Under the pieces are notes generated by a model. That model did no database searches. It was given only the letters and a program-made list of their open reading frames with translations, and was not told the origin of the DNA. Source: an uncultured Phycisphaerales bacterium (GTDB lineage: Bacteria > Planctomycetota > Phycisphaerae > Sedimentisphaerales > Anaerobacaceae). Taken from it: a DNA stretch of 64,000 nucleotides. A program made the translations under genes and the position numbers. The stretch spans positions 1,920,001 to 1,984,000 of the forward strand of contig OY970359.1 in the NCBI GenBank assembly GCA_963718665.1, written 5' to 3'. Below, piece after piece: positions 21,459 through 31,826 of this stretch. How positions within the stretch are numbered: position 1 is the first letter of the stretch; each line of letters starts with the position of its first letter.

Positions 21459-22688
21459 TTACTTCGTAATCCTCAACTGTTCCCTGTCTGGAAGTTTTGG
21501 AAATGGCCCGTGCGGCTCGGTCTGATACCAGAAGGCGACGGAGGAAATATCATCCTGTAATGGCAGATATTTGCCGCCGTCCTGCCAGCCAAGCGCCTGT
21601 ATAGTCACTTTCAGATTTTGCTCGAACCTTATCGGGTCCATAATGTGCCAGCGATATAGCGCAAATCTCGGCTGGTCCTTCGGATTCAAAGTCGTTCTCT
21701 CTTCGATAAATTTGCCGTTTTCGTAAACTTTCGTCTTTCTTACGGGTTTGCCCTTCGGGTTAATTATCTGAGGCATGCCCGCGTATGGGCCGCTGAACGT
21801 CTGATACCCGCCTCCTTTGGGATTGTCAAATCCGTATGAGCCGCAGAAATAATCTTCTGTCCCGGTTCCGCATATTGTTGGGAATTCCGTGTCACCATCC
21901 ATATAGAATTTTATTTCCCCTTCTCCCCACCAGCCGGGGCTGTTTGCTCCCCAGGTCATGTATGTCCCCACGTAATGCCCTTTCCCGACTATGCCGTCAA
22001 CGATGGTGTAAACTTCTTGGAATGGAACGAGATTGACCCTGCGAAACTGTGCGTGAAAATATCCTGCCGTTTCGCCTATGTCGGCAAGGCAATAAGTAAT
22101 CTCATAATATAACGTCATCTGATTTTTATCCAGGTTGGTCACGGTCATTTTGCAGCTTTTCCTGAAGGGCATAGGCCAGTAGCAGTTGAACCCGCTCTTG
22201 GGATTGACGCATATCGTAAGCGAAGTGACCTGTGCATACTCGCCCATGCCGCATGCAAAAAAGTCGCCAAGGGGACACTCCACAGAAGGGGCCTCTTCGC
22301 CGTCCCAGTAGATTCGCAATATATTCAAGCGGTCGTTTCCGGCTGGTGTCATCCAGATATGCTGAATAGAACCGCTGCCGTTTATGTTTGCCAGCAGAAA
22401 CGTCTGGCCTGGTTTGATATTGACATACGGATTTACTTTCCAGCCCTGTCCCAGGTCGCCGGCGGCGTGAGACGCCGACCCCCCGCCTAATTTCGCCATT
22501 CCGCCTTTGCCTTTTTCGCCCGTCGGGTTCTCCGGCCCTATCGACCGCGTCTTTGCGTTAGATAAAAGCGCGAGATTTCCCAGCCCCGTATCGAACCAGC
22601 CGGGATTTGATTCGGCGCCTTTCGCAAGCCACGTTGATGCCAGCAACGCTACAAGAACAAGACCTGTTTTTGCGTTTGAATGTTTCAT
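21459..22688 (-). CDS. DUF2961 (GH172-like) glycoside hydrolase, secreted
   Basis: ENPTGEKG, QHIWMT, NCYWPMPF, WWGEGE, GTGTEDYF, YRWH. Confidence 0.88.
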   Translation of the reverse strand: MKHSNAKTGLVLVALLASTWLAKGAESNPGWFDTGLGNLALLSNAKTRSIGPENPTGEKGKGGMAKLGGGSASHAAGDLGQGWKVNPYVNIKPGQTFLLANINGSGSIQHIWMTPAGNDRLNILRIYWDGEEAPSVECPLGDFFACGMGEYAQVTSLTICVNPKSGFNCYWPMPFRKSCKMTVTNLDKNQMTLYYEITYCLADIGETAGYFHAQFRRVNLVPFQEVYTIVDGIVGKGHYVGTYMTWGANSPGWWGEGEIKFYMDGDTEFPTICGTGTEDYFCGSYGFDNPKGGGYQTFSGPYAGMPQIINPKGKPVRKTKVYENGKFIEERTTLNPKDQPRFALYRWHIMDPIRFEQNLKVTIQALGWQDGGKYLPLQDDISSVAFWYQTEPHGPFPKLPDREQLRITK

Positions 22689-22713
22689 ATACCACCCCTT
22701 TTCCAAAAAAAAT

Positions 22714-23721
22714 TTAATGAGAAGATGCGTAATGTCCAAGCACCTTGATATTTTCTAAAGGCGTATCACGCGTTACTTCGCAGCCGGCCCCGACTATGAA
22801 ATTATCGCCCGCTTCTTTGTGGCAAATCTCAACCGCCTTGTAAATCTCCTCAGGCGATGCGTCTTGTAACACCGATACTGGGTTGATATTTCCGCAGATG
22901 ACTTGCTTCGCCCCCATTTTTTCCCTGGCCAGCGATACGGGGGAGGGATAATCCAGGTCAATCATTTCCGCCCCGAGCCGACCCATCCTTTCCAGAATCT
23001 TCCGCGTGTCCCCGCATATATGCAGCCGGACAGCCGCGCCGAGTTTGTGAATGCCGTCCACCAGTCGCTTCTCGTATGGCCACACAAACTCCTCATATAT
23101 CTTAGGCCCCACCAATGACGCCGCGGCATCCCCTATTCCCATCAAATCCACGCCTGCCTCTATCTGTGCTTTGGCAAATCTCAACCCAAGTTCCGTCGCG
23201 AACTCAAACAGCTCTCTCACAAACTCGGCATCCTCGAAAAAATCCGTCATTATCGTATTGATGCCCCGTAAATCCGCTCCCTCTGCGCAAGGGCCTTCAA
23301 TCCATCCCTCGATAATCTTGTCTTTACCGGCTTTTTCTTTGAATAGAGCTGCTGCTTTTACCCTGTCGTGCATCCGCCCGCCTCCCAGCGGGTCCGGCAT
23401 CTTCAGTTTTGCCAATCTGCTTTTATCGGCAAGCAGGGCGTTACTTTCATCGATATCAGGGGGTGTTTCCTCGTGAAAAATAATCGCCGCGTTGCAATCC
23501 GCTGCCTCGCGTGTCGGGTCCGAAATGCACCCGACGTGGTCAAAGCCGAATTCCTCCGCTACCCGCAACTGCCCCTTTACCAGCACACGGTAATCCGTTG
23601 CATAATCGTAGTATTTCCTCCCAATGCGGCCCGCCGCGAATTGCATCGTAATCGGCATACAAGGCAAGTGGTCTGGCCGTCTGTGTCCCAAAACCGCAGC
23701 CACCCTTTCCCGACTCGTCAT
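22714..23721 (-). CDS. Uroporphyrinogen decarboxylase family / MtaA-CmuA-like methyltransferase
   Basis: LHICG, GNINP and GAGC Zn-ligand-type motifs. Confidence 0.82.
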   Translation of the reverse strand: MTSRERVAAVLGHRRPDHLPCMPITMQFAAGRIGRKYYDYATDYRVLVKGQLRVAEEFGFDHVGCISDPTREAADCNAAIIFHEETPPDIDESNALLADKSRLAKLKMPDPLGGGRMHDRVKAAALFKEKAGKDKIIEGWIEGPCAEGADLRGINTIMTDFFEDAEFVRELFEFATELGLRFAKAQIEAGVDLMGIGDAAASLVGPKIYEEFVWPYEKRLVDGIHKLGAAVRLHICGDTRKILERMGRLGAEMIDLDYPSPVSLAREKMGAKQVICGNINPVSVLQDASPEEIYKAVEICHKEAGDNFIVGAGCEVTRDTPLENIKVLGHYASSH

Positions 23722-23748
23722 TTTTATTTCCTTGCCGGCGAACAGTTC

Positions 23749-25464
23749 TTATTGCCCTTTTACATTCATTTGTATTGAGTAAAAGGAATCTCTGGCGGTA
23801 ACAAACAGCGTTTTGCCGTCTTTTCCGCCGAAGCAGAGATTTGAAGTCGAATTGGGGACGCTGATATAACCGATTTTTTTGCCTTCCGGGCTGACGATGT
23901 TGATGCCTTTGCCTGACAGGTCCGTAAGATACAAATTGCCCATCTCATCGAGTTCTATGCCGTCGGCGCCGATGGGGACAAACAGTTTTTTATCATATAA
24001 TGTGCCGTCATCTTTGACTTTAAATACAAATGTTTTGCGTCCTGAATAATCGGCGACGTACAGCAGTTTGCCGTCTTTTGTACCGACGATGCCGTTGGGG
24101 CCTGTCATATCCCCCACGACAATAATGGGTTCCTTCGAATCAGGGGGTAAATAGAAAACGTAACTGCCGTCCAGTTCCGATTCGCCTTTCTTATAGCCGG
24201 GGTCTGTGAAGTATATGCCGCCTTTTTTGTCCCGCCAGAGGTCGTTAGGGCTGTTGAGCTTTTTGCCTTTGTAGTTATCGCAAAGAACGGTTGCATTGCC
24301 GTTTGTGTCAATGCGGGTGATTCTCCGGCTGCCGCCCTCGCAGGCGTAGAGGTTGCCCTTATCGTCGATATCAAGGCCGCTTGTGCCGCCTGAATTTTCT
24401 CGGAAAGTTGATAACTTCTCATCGACAGACCATTTATGAATTCTATTATTCGGTATGTCGGCGAAATAAACATTTCCCTGTGCATCAGCTATTGGCCCTT
24501 CGGTAAAATTGAAATCGCCCGCAAGTTTCTTAACTTTTGCATCTGGTGCGACGACGGATTTTGTCTCTGCTGCGGCGGGCCAGACAACACCCTTGGTTCG
24601 CATTTTTACCGCGTAAAGCGATTTTGACGCGGTGATGAAAAGGGTATCCATGTCTTTGCCGCCGAAACATAAGTTGCCGGTCCACGGCTCGCGTATGTTG
24701 ATATGCTCGATTTTTTCTCCCGCGGGATTGAAAACAGTTACGCCATTACCGGTAAGATACACATTGCCCTCGTTGTCGATTGTCATTCCGTCGGAACCCA
24801 TTTCGCAGAACAGTTTTTTATTTGAAAGTGTGCCGTCGGGGTTGATTGTATAGACGTATGTCTTGCTTGCGCCGATGTCGCCCACGTAAAGCAGCTTGCC
24901 GTCGGGCGTACCGACTATGCCGTTGGGCGCAACGAGGTCATCCGTAACGCGAATCAGCGTTTTGCGGTCGGGGGTGAGGTAATAGACGTGCTGGCCATCC
25001 ATTTCCATATTGGGATCTGTCCACCAGCTTCTTCTATAGTATGGGTCTGTTATGTATAGGCCGCCATTGGGATGCCGCCAGAGGTCGTTTGGGCCGTTGA
25101 GCTTCTTGCCCTTGTATTTTTCGACAAGAACGGTCATTTTACCATTGGGGTCGAAGGAAACGAGCCGGTTATGCAGGTCGGCACAGGCAAGCAGCGATAC
25201 TCCGTCGGCGTCGAAACGCATCCCGTTTGAGCGTTCACCTCCGGTCAAAAAGACCGACAACTTCCCTTCAGTTGACCAGATATAGATTTTGTCGTTTGGC
25301 TGGTCGGTAAAATATACATTGCCCTTGGGGTCGGCGGCAGGGCCTTCGGTGAAGGCAAAAACATTGCTGAGTTTTTCTACATTCGCGTCGGGGGCAACTA
25401 CCCCGGCCATAGCAACAGAGCTCAAAGACAACAGTATAATCGTGGTTATGGAAATGGCTTTCAT
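23749..25464 (-). CDS. Secreted SMP-30/gluconolactonase with two tandem beta-propeller domains
   Basis: Signal peptide; duplicated FTEGP..D..GNVYF, LN.PNDL, PNGI and DG...D..GN.Y motifs. Confidence 0.9.
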   Translation of the reverse strand: MKAISITTIILLSLSSVAMAGVVAPDANVEKLSNVFAFTEGPAADPKGNVYFTDQPNDKIYIWSTEGKLSVFLTGGERSNGMRFDADGVSLLACADLHNRLVSFDPNGKMTVLVEKYKGKKLNGPNDLWRHPNGGLYITDPYYRRSWWTDPNMEMDGQHVYYLTPDRKTLIRVTDDLVAPNGIVGTPDGKLLYVGDIGASKTYVYTINPDGTLSNKKLFCEMGSDGMTIDNEGNVYLTGNGVTVFNPAGEKIEHINIREPWTGNLCFGGKDMDTLFITASKSLYAVKMRTKGVVWPAAAETKSVVAPDAKVKKLAGDFNFTEGPIADAQGNVYFADIPNNRIHKWSVDEKLSTFRENSGGTSGLDIDDKGNLYACEGGSRRITRIDTNGNATVLCDNYKGKKLNSPNDLWRDKKGGIYFTDPGYKKGESELDGSYVFYLPPDSKEPIIVVGDMTGPNGIVGTKDGKLLYVADYSGRKTFVFKVKDDGTLYDKKLFVPIGADGIELDEMGNLYLTDLSGKGINIVSPEGKKIGYISVPNSTSNLCFGGKDGKTLFVTARDSFYSIQMNVKGQ

Positions 25465-25638
25465 CGTATAATCCTTTCAGATAGTTCTAAAAACGGCATT
25501 CAAAAATACCATCACTTTGGGTTACAGTAAAGGCATATTATTTCGGGGATTTTCAGGGATAAGTTTGACAATGGCCGCATTATAACCAAACATGTTGGAT
25601 TAGGCGGTGTTGTTATCCCGAACCATTCAAACGGCGGG

Positions 25639-26760
25639 CTATTCCTGCTGCGGCTGGGGGGTGACATCCATCAGTTCTTTATCTTCCGGCTGGGGCTGGG
25701 CTGGTTTAGGGGTTGCAAACAGTTCAGCGGAGGACTTTGTGAGGTCTTCGGCGCGATAAGCAGGTATCTGATATACCCACCCTTTGTGTTTTTCAGAGAA
25801 TTCCTCGGCTGCGTCGCGTGCGACCAGCTTCGCTTCTTTTATCTTCAACTGCTCATCCGATTCGACCTCGCCCTGTGTTTTTGTTACAGGGGTTTTGTCG
25901 GCAAACTGGGCGTCGCATTTGGCAAACCAGGTGTTGCCGTCTTTGGCGAGCCAGACAGTGTAAACGGTGGAGTCCTTCAGCCGACAAAGGTATCTTCGGT
26001 CAAACTGCAAACCCTGCCTTGATGATTCGGCGTTGACGTCTTCAAAGCTCAGGCCAGCCAAAACGGTGAAAACCTTGTTGGCAAAATCATTGTTGAGCTT
26101 TTTATCTTCGGCCATATTTTCAAATATAACGGTTTTGTCGTCGGGACCGGGCCTCAGGATGTATGTTTCATTGGGGCAGCTTACAGTTATCGAGTTGATG
26201 TCCTCTCTTTTTACGTTGATAAGCTCCGGCGAGACATAATCACCCGCCTGCTGTCTGATGGCCGGTATCTGTGTCGCGGATACATATACCTTGTTGTCCC
26301 CGACCCGCCTGACATAGCCGATGCCCTGTCCCTCTACTTTTTGTTTGCCAATAATAATGCCGGTAAGCAGTGACGAGTCGGCTTTATAGAATTTCACCAG
26401 GATATGCGATTTATCTTCGGTGACGCCGAGGTCTTTATGGTTTTCGGGATTGTCCGTGTAAAGCTCGGATGTTTGAATATCCAGGCAGGTGGTGATGAGC
26501 TTGTTAATTTCGCTGGTCAGGGCCGGGTAGTTATCAAGATTGGCAATAACGAAATTGGCTCCTCGCCGATTGAAAATCACTTCCTGGCCCGGCTTTCCTA
26601 TTGTGATTCTGGCGACCTGGTCAGGGTCGAGACCCTGTATAAGATAGGCGATTTGATTTTTCCTGGTGTATGGCTTGTCGGCGATTCCGGCAACAATGAC
26701 CGCCAGGGCTACCACGGCAGCCGCCGCCAAACCAAGTATCGACAGATTACGATTACTCAT
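25639..26760 (-). CDS. DUF4340 domain protein (Gld-type ABC accessory)
   Basis: N-terminal TM, YPA and YVRR motifs; position after GldG. Confidence 0.75.
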   Translation of the reverse strand: MSNRNLSILGLAAAAVVALAVIVAGIADKPYTRKNQIAYLIQGLDPDQVARITIGKPGQEVIFNRRGANFVIANLDNYPALTSEINKLITTCLDIQTSELYTDNPENHKDLGVTEDKSHILVKFYKADSSLLTGIIIGKQKVEGQGIGYVRRVGDNKVYVSATQIPAIRQQAGDYVSPELINVKREDINSITVSCPNETYILRPGPDDKTVIFENMAEDKKLNNDFANKVFTVLAGLSFEDVNAESSRQGLQFDRRYLCRLKDSTVYTVWLAKDGNTWFAKCDAQFADKTPVTKTQGEVESDEQLKIKEAKLVARDAAEEFSEKHKGWVYQIPAYRAEDLTKSSAELFATPKPAQPQPEDKELMDVTPQPQQE

Positions 26761-26813
26761 ATAACTAACTCCTGTTTATTTGCCACGTATTGACTCGACC
26801 GACTCTGTCAAAA

Positions 26814-28784
26814 TTACGCGTCACTTGCGTGGCTTATGTAATGTCTTTTCATTACGCTTCGCCTGATGCCGAGCGCCACCGCGATAAGCAATATGACGGC
26901 CGGTGCCGCCAGCATATTGAACGCCCGCAGGTTGTTGCCAAGCTTTTCGATTTGTTGGCGTTTCTGCATTTTAACTTCGCGCAGTTGTTGGCGGGCCTTT
27001 AGTTTTTTTAATTCGAGGTCTTTTGTTTTTTGGGCAATCGAGCTGCCAATGACCTGTTTTTCTTTTTCGTTGGCAGAAGTAATAAGCGTTTTTAACTCGT
27101 CCTCAAAGCCGGTAATTTCAGCGTTGAGCTTGGCGACCTCATCAGCGGTCGCGGCCTCGGCTTTTTTCTCTATCTGGTCAACAACCGTAAAAGGTCTTTG
27201 GAAATTACCACGGGACCTGATTGAGATGAGGTCGGTTGAGCCGGAAAGGTCGTCGATTGCGTTCATCAATAGCGCGCTGTTATCACCGACAACGATGTTG
27301 CCGAAAAGCTGGTTGCGATAATAGGCAAGCGAGTTGGATATGAAATCGACATCCGAAAACACAACCACGGCGCAGTTTTCCGAGGCCTGTGTAAGGCCGG
27401 TGATGTGCGTTTTTGTTTTTGGCGCATTCGCATCGTTGCTCTGCGGCTCGGACTCACGCACAATACCATTGGGAAAATTGCTTTTGAATTTGCCCGTGAT
27501 AAGATAACCCATAATCACCGGCTTTGTGCCCTCTGAAAATTTCTTCATCAGTTCCGACGGGTCGAGCATCTGCAAATCCAGGGGACTGTCAACTTTGAAG
27601 GTATTGCCTTTGGCGGTCGTCATAATCAGCGGCGTCCGTTCGATATACCCCTCGCCCGCAACGTCATTTGGCGATGCGATTACATTTAACGCCCCGGCAA
27701 ACCATACCCTGACGCTGTTAAGCTGGGCGGTAATTACATTGTCGCGATTAAAGCACGCGGGAGACGTCAGATTGAGGAAGCCGATAATTTTTTCCAAGCC
27801 CTGGCCGGAAGCCATTGATGTTTCTGGCGCCAGCTGTTTATCGCCCGCGAACGTCATCTCCGGCATATCAAGTCCCCAGTTATTCAGGAATTGCTTTAGA
27901 TTCGAGCTTTTCGAAACCTTGTCGGACTGCATCATTGTCTGACCCGGCTCCTGGTCGGCATAACAGTATGGGTCGATAAAGATAATGGTCCTGCCGCCCT
28001 TCAAAATAAACTGGTCTATGGCGAAAAGCGTCTGCACGGGGAGTTTCTTGGGATGAATCACAAGAAGAACGTCGATATCGTTAATATCATTGGTGTCGTA
28101 GGGGATGCCTTTGACCTCATATTTTTGCTTGAGGTGCTCGATAATGGTCCATGCCATTTTGGGCTGCTGGCCCTGCATTATCATCATCTGTGCCATATAA
28201 TCGCCGACCTCGCCCATAATGGGAAGCGAGCTGAGGACGCCGATATTTTTTTTCTGACGCGTGATGGCCGTATCGATGAGAGAGCTTATGTCGTATTCGA
28301 CGAAATTCTGGCGGTCAGGTGTGAAAAACGGAATCGATTTTTCTGCGCCGAACTGTGTCCGGACGACTAATCCGAAGACAAAATTCTCTTCATCCGTTAT
28401 GGGAAATTTTTTGAGTCCGCTGCGGGCGGCCTCGACTTCGTCGTCGGAGTAAGGCCGTGGGTCGATAATTTCGAGATTAACCATTCCCTTTGAGGCGGCG
28501 ACGTATTCTTCCAGCAGCGATTTCACGAATTCGTAATAATTATTGAAATACTTAATCTGGTCCGGGCCTTTCATTGAGGCGGTTTTGGCATAGTAAAGCT
28601 TGAGTTTCAGTGGCTGATTCAGTTTGGCGAGAATCGATTTTGTGCCGGCGGACAACGTATAAAGTTTCTTGTCGGTGACATCGACTTTCAGGCGTTTACC
28701 GAGGTTCTGGCAGATACTTATAGCGCCGAAGGTTATCAGGAGAACAAAAATAATAGCGAGTATCACTCGTATAGTTCTGCTCAT
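26814..28784 (-). CDS. GldG-family ABC auxiliary protein
   Basis: DVT..KLYTLS.GT, FVEYDI, AIDQFILKGG, LISIRSRG. Confidence 0.88.
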   Translation of the reverse strand: MSRTIRVILAIIFVLLITFGAISICQNLGKRLKVDVTDKKLYTLSAGTKSILAKLNQPLKLKLYYAKTASMKGPDQIKYFNNYYEFVKSLLEEYVAASKGMVNLEIIDPRPYSDDEVEAARSGLKKFPITDEENFVFGLVVRTQFGAEKSIPFFTPDRQNFVEYDISSLIDTAITRQKKNIGVLSSLPIMGEVGDYMAQMMIMQGQQPKMAWTIIEHLKQKYEVKGIPYDTNDINDIDVLLVIHPKKLPVQTLFAIDQFILKGGRTIIFIDPYCYADQEPGQTMMQSDKVSKSSNLKQFLNNWGLDMPEMTFAGDKQLAPETSMASGQGLEKIIGFLNLTSPACFNRDNVITAQLNSVRVWFAGALNVIASPNDVAGEGYIERTPLIMTTAKGNTFKVDSPLDLQMLDPSELMKKFSEGTKPVIMGYLITGKFKSNFPNGIVRESEPQSNDANAPKTKTHITGLTQASENCAVVVFSDVDFISNSLAYYRNQLFGNIVVGDNSALLMNAIDDLSGSTDLISIRSRGNFQRPFTVVDQIEKKAEAATADEVAKLNAEITGFEDELKTLITSANEKEKQVIGSSIAQKTKDLELKKLKARQQLREVKMQKRQQIEKLGNNLRAFNMLAAPAVILLIAVALGIRRSVMKRHYISHASDA

Positions 28785-29515
28785 TAGCCCGCCTTCCTTT
28801 CTTCGAGCACAACCGTGCAGGCAGCCACCCAGCCGATAATGAGGATGATAAAATAAGAGACGTCCTTGAATTCAAGAACGCCCTTCTGAATCGACTCGAA
28901 ATGCGATTCTAAACTCATTGTCTCGACCGCCGAAACCAGGCCTGCCGGAAGAAACGTCGAAAGATAATTCATAGTCGTCGGAACTCCCGCGAAAACCAGC
29001 ACCGCGCAGGCGACAACCGACAGTACAAAGCTGATGACCTGGTTTTTGCTCAGTGCGGAGAAAAAGCACCCCAATGCAAGGAACCCGCCCGCCATAAGTA
29101 TAGTGCCTAAGTAGCCGGTGATTATCAAGCCCGCATCCGGATTCCCCAGGAAAAATACCGTTATGACCATCGGGAAGGTCAACGCGAGCGCGATAATAAG
29201 AAAGACCCACGCAGCGAGAAACTTGCCGAGCACGGCCTGTGTTACTGTTATGGGAAGCGTAAACAGAAGCTCTATTGAGCCGGTTTTGCGTTCCTCTGCC
29301 CACAGCCGCATAGTTGTCGCAGGCACCATAAACGCGAACAGCAAAGGCATATTGATGAAGAACGCCGTCATATCCGCCTGGCGAATCTCGAAGAAGCCGT
29401 TTTTGAAAGTGAGATAGCCGGAGAAAAAGAGAAACACCACGAGGAATACATAAGCAATCGGCGTCGTGAAATACGACCTCAATTCTCTTTTGAATACCGC
29501 CTTAAAACCGCTCAT
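28784..29515 (-). CDS. ABC-2 permease (GldF-like)
   Basis: RELRSYFTTPIAY, MRLWAEERKTGSIELL.TLP. Confidence 0.9.
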   Translation of the reverse strand: MSGFKAVFKRELRSYFTTPIAYVFLVVFLFFSGYLTFKNGFFEIRQADMTAFFINMPLLFAFMVPATTMRLWAEERKTGSIELLFTLPITVTQAVLGKFLAAWVFLIIALALTFPMVITVFFLGNPDAGLIITGYLGTILMAGGFLALGCFFSALSKNQVISFVLSVVACAVLVFAGVPTTMNYLSTFLPAGLVSAVETMSLESHFESIQKGVLEFKDVSYFIILIIGWVAACTVVLEERKAG

Positions 29516-29553
29516 TTTTTACTCCAGTAAAAAGCTTTTTATCGCCGAAAAGT

Positions 29554-30273
29554 TCAGGCAACTTTGCTTCTGGTAATTTTTCGGAATACCTCTTCGAGCG
29601 AGCAGCCGTATTTTTGCCGTAATTGTTCCGGCGTGGAATCGACGATGATTTTGCCTTTAGCTATGATTATCGTTCTGCTACATACGGCTTCGACTTCTTC
29701 GAGGATATGAGTCGAGACGATGATACACTTTTCCTTTGCCATTTTACTGATGAGCTGACGAACCTCGTGTTTCTGGTTAGGGTCAAGGCCGTCTGTCGGC
29801 TCGTCGAGGATTAGCACCTGCGGGTCGTGAATCAATGCCTGCGCAAGGCCGACTCGCCTGCGATAGCCCTTCGAGAGAGTATCAATCGCCTGATGATAAA
29901 CCGATTCGATTGCGCACATCGGGACAATGCGGTCGAGTGCCTTTTTGCGTTCGCTTCCGGGAATCTGCCTGGCATCGCAGACAAAATTCAGCAGCCCGCC
30001 TACCGTCATTTCGTTGTAGGCGGGAACATTTTCGGCCAGATAGCCGATTGATTTTCTGACTTCGAGGGGGTTCTTGAGGATGTCGTAGCCGCAGACCGTC
30101 GCTGTGCCGCTGTCGGGCCGCAGATAACAGGCAAGCATTCGCATTACGGTGCTTTTGCCCGCGCCGTTTGGTCCCAAAAAGCCCAGTACTTCGCCTTTTC
30201 GGACGTCGAACGAAACGCCGTCGACCGCGACAATCGGCCCGAAACTCCGCCTCAATTCCTTTATGCTTATCAT
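29554..30273 (-). CDS. ABC transporter ATPase (GldA-like)
   Basis: GPNGAGKST, LSKG, LDEPT. Confidence 0.93.
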   Translation of the reverse strand: MISIKELRRSFGPIVAVDGVSFDVRKGEVLGFLGPNGAGKSTVMRMLACYLRPDSGTATVCGYDILKNPLEVRKSIGYLAENVPAYNEMTVGGLLNFVCDARQIPGSERKKALDRIVPMCAIESVYHQAIDTLSKGYRRRVGLAQALIHDPQVLILDEPTDGLDPNQKHEVRQLISKMAKEKCIIVSTHILEEVEAVCSRTIIIAKGKIIVDSTPEQLRQKYGCSLEEVFRKITRSKVA

Positions 30274-30556
30274 TCTTTTCTCCTTAGAACACATTCCATA
30301 GCGCCGAAAACCCGCGATTTCAATACTGATAATGCGGCTGCTGGCTGGTTATGAAATGACTTCTAACGCACAAACATATATCGTCAAAACAGCCAAAATT
30401 TATGTAGCAGTTCGCTTCACAAAATAAGCTATTGTTTAGCTTTGTGACTATACGGAGACGTTACAGAATGGTTCTGAGAAGATGCGGCTGACATCGTAAT
30501 TGATTAGTGATGATTGTGGCGGTCATTAGCAAATAATAAATTTCAATAAATAAGGG

Positions 30557-30634
30557 CTTCGTTCGCCAAATAGCGGCGAACGAAGAATGGCCTGCCACGA
30601 GTAAGGCCTTCAAAACCGAATGGTTTTGAAGGCC
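30557..30634. repeat. Two perfect hairpins just outside the left att site
   Basis: CTTCGTTCGCC/GGCGAACGAAG and GGCCTTCAAAACC/GGTTTTGAAGGCC. Confidence 0.65.
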
Positions 30635-30642
30635 GCATCGAG

Positions 30643-30670
30643 TGGAGGCGGGGGGATTCGAACCCCCGTC
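30643..30670. repeat. att site: displaced copy of the tmRNA 3' end
   Basis: TGGAGGCGGGGGGATTCGAACCCCCGTC, identical to 50217-50244. Confidence 0.93.
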
Positions 30671-31209
30671 AGGCCATTTTCATAAGTCCTTGTTAATCAA
30701 GGAGATAGAACTTAAGTGCTTTGTTAACAAGGGCTTGAATCATTCTCAGATTTTATCACGTTTTATCAGAATTTATCAGAATTTGGCTTTCAAATACTCC
30801 CGTATTACTCCCGCGAATTACACACTTGAAATGACCTGTAAATGTACGATCTTTAGTTTGGCTAAAATGACGGTGATTCTGGTAACCCCACGCCACTGAC
30901 GATCACAGACGAGTCATGGGCAAGTTTAATCTCAAAAAACAACTATGCCAAGAATCAAAAAGCCAGTTATATCGGATGAGTTTTTTTATAGTACAGGAAC
31001 TGCTGCCCAGAATCGCAATCGAGCAGTTCGTCCTGCAATTGGCAATGTAGTAACAGCTTCGCTACCCTGCTGTGATTAATGGCAATTACATTGATGGTAG
31101 GTAAAAGTCGCCTACTGCAAAAACCATTAGATTACAATTCGGCGTAACTTGGCAGAGATGTCAGTGTCATCTGCAGCGAAACGTCGCAAGCTATGTTCCG
31201 AAGTCTTCT

Positions 31210-31655
31210 ATGAGGGGGCAGGTCGCCGAAGACATCAAGGACATTTTTAATGCGAAGGATAGAGCATCTGCCGAAGACCGGCTTGACAAGTGTGTTGAAA
31301 AATACAAACAAGTCGCGCAGAAACTTGCTGAGTGGATGCAGGATAATACCCAGGACGGCTTGAACGTCTTTGCATTGCCTAAGGAACATCGAAGGCGATT
31401 ACGAACCACCAATACGCTTGAACGATTGCATCAGGAAATCAATCGAAGATCGCGTGTCGCAAGGATATTCGCCAACGAAGAATCGCTTTTGCGTCTGGTA
31501 AGTGCGATTGAAATGGAAATCAGTGATGATTGGCTTTCAGAGAAAAAATACTTAACGTTTGCCCGTCATTCGTGTGGCGGATTGGAATTGGAGAACGAGA
31601 ACGAAACCGCTTATTTAAACGAAAACAAAATTTACAGGAAAAAGGTTGCTTAATC
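31210..31655 (+). pseudogene. IS256-family transposase C-terminal remnant with right end
   Basis: RLRTTNTLERLHQEINRRSRVARIFANEESLLRL; end sequence AATTTACAGGAAAAAGGTTGCTTAATC; N-terminus missing. Confidence 0.85.
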
Positions 31656-31751
31656 GGCGATTTGGTTATAGTTCTTTTGGTTTTCATATGCCATATATCA
31701 ATTCATTTGTTCGAAATTATTTAAGGTTTCCAATAGATCAAGCGGATAACT

Positions 31752-31815
31752 AAAGCGGTTTGTTTCAAGCACCTGGCTGGGAAAAATCCGACTCTATTTT
31801 AGCATTAAAAACCAT
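31752..31815 (-). pseudogene. 5' relic of an araC paralogue
   Basis: Reads MVFNAKIESDF/SQVLETNRF across a frameshift, versus MVPVDKRKPDFFSNQVLEANRF of 42099-42968. Confidence 0.6.
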
Positions 31816-31826
31816 AAATATCAATT

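Noticed and set aside
30642..30899. tRNA gene or 85-aa ORF MEAGGFEPPS
   Set aside because: Only the 28-bp T-arm/acceptor half of ssrA is present; the ORF is its antisense translation
30830..31200. Integrase remnant
   Set aside because: No convincing tyrosine-recombinase catalytic motifs in the frames I read
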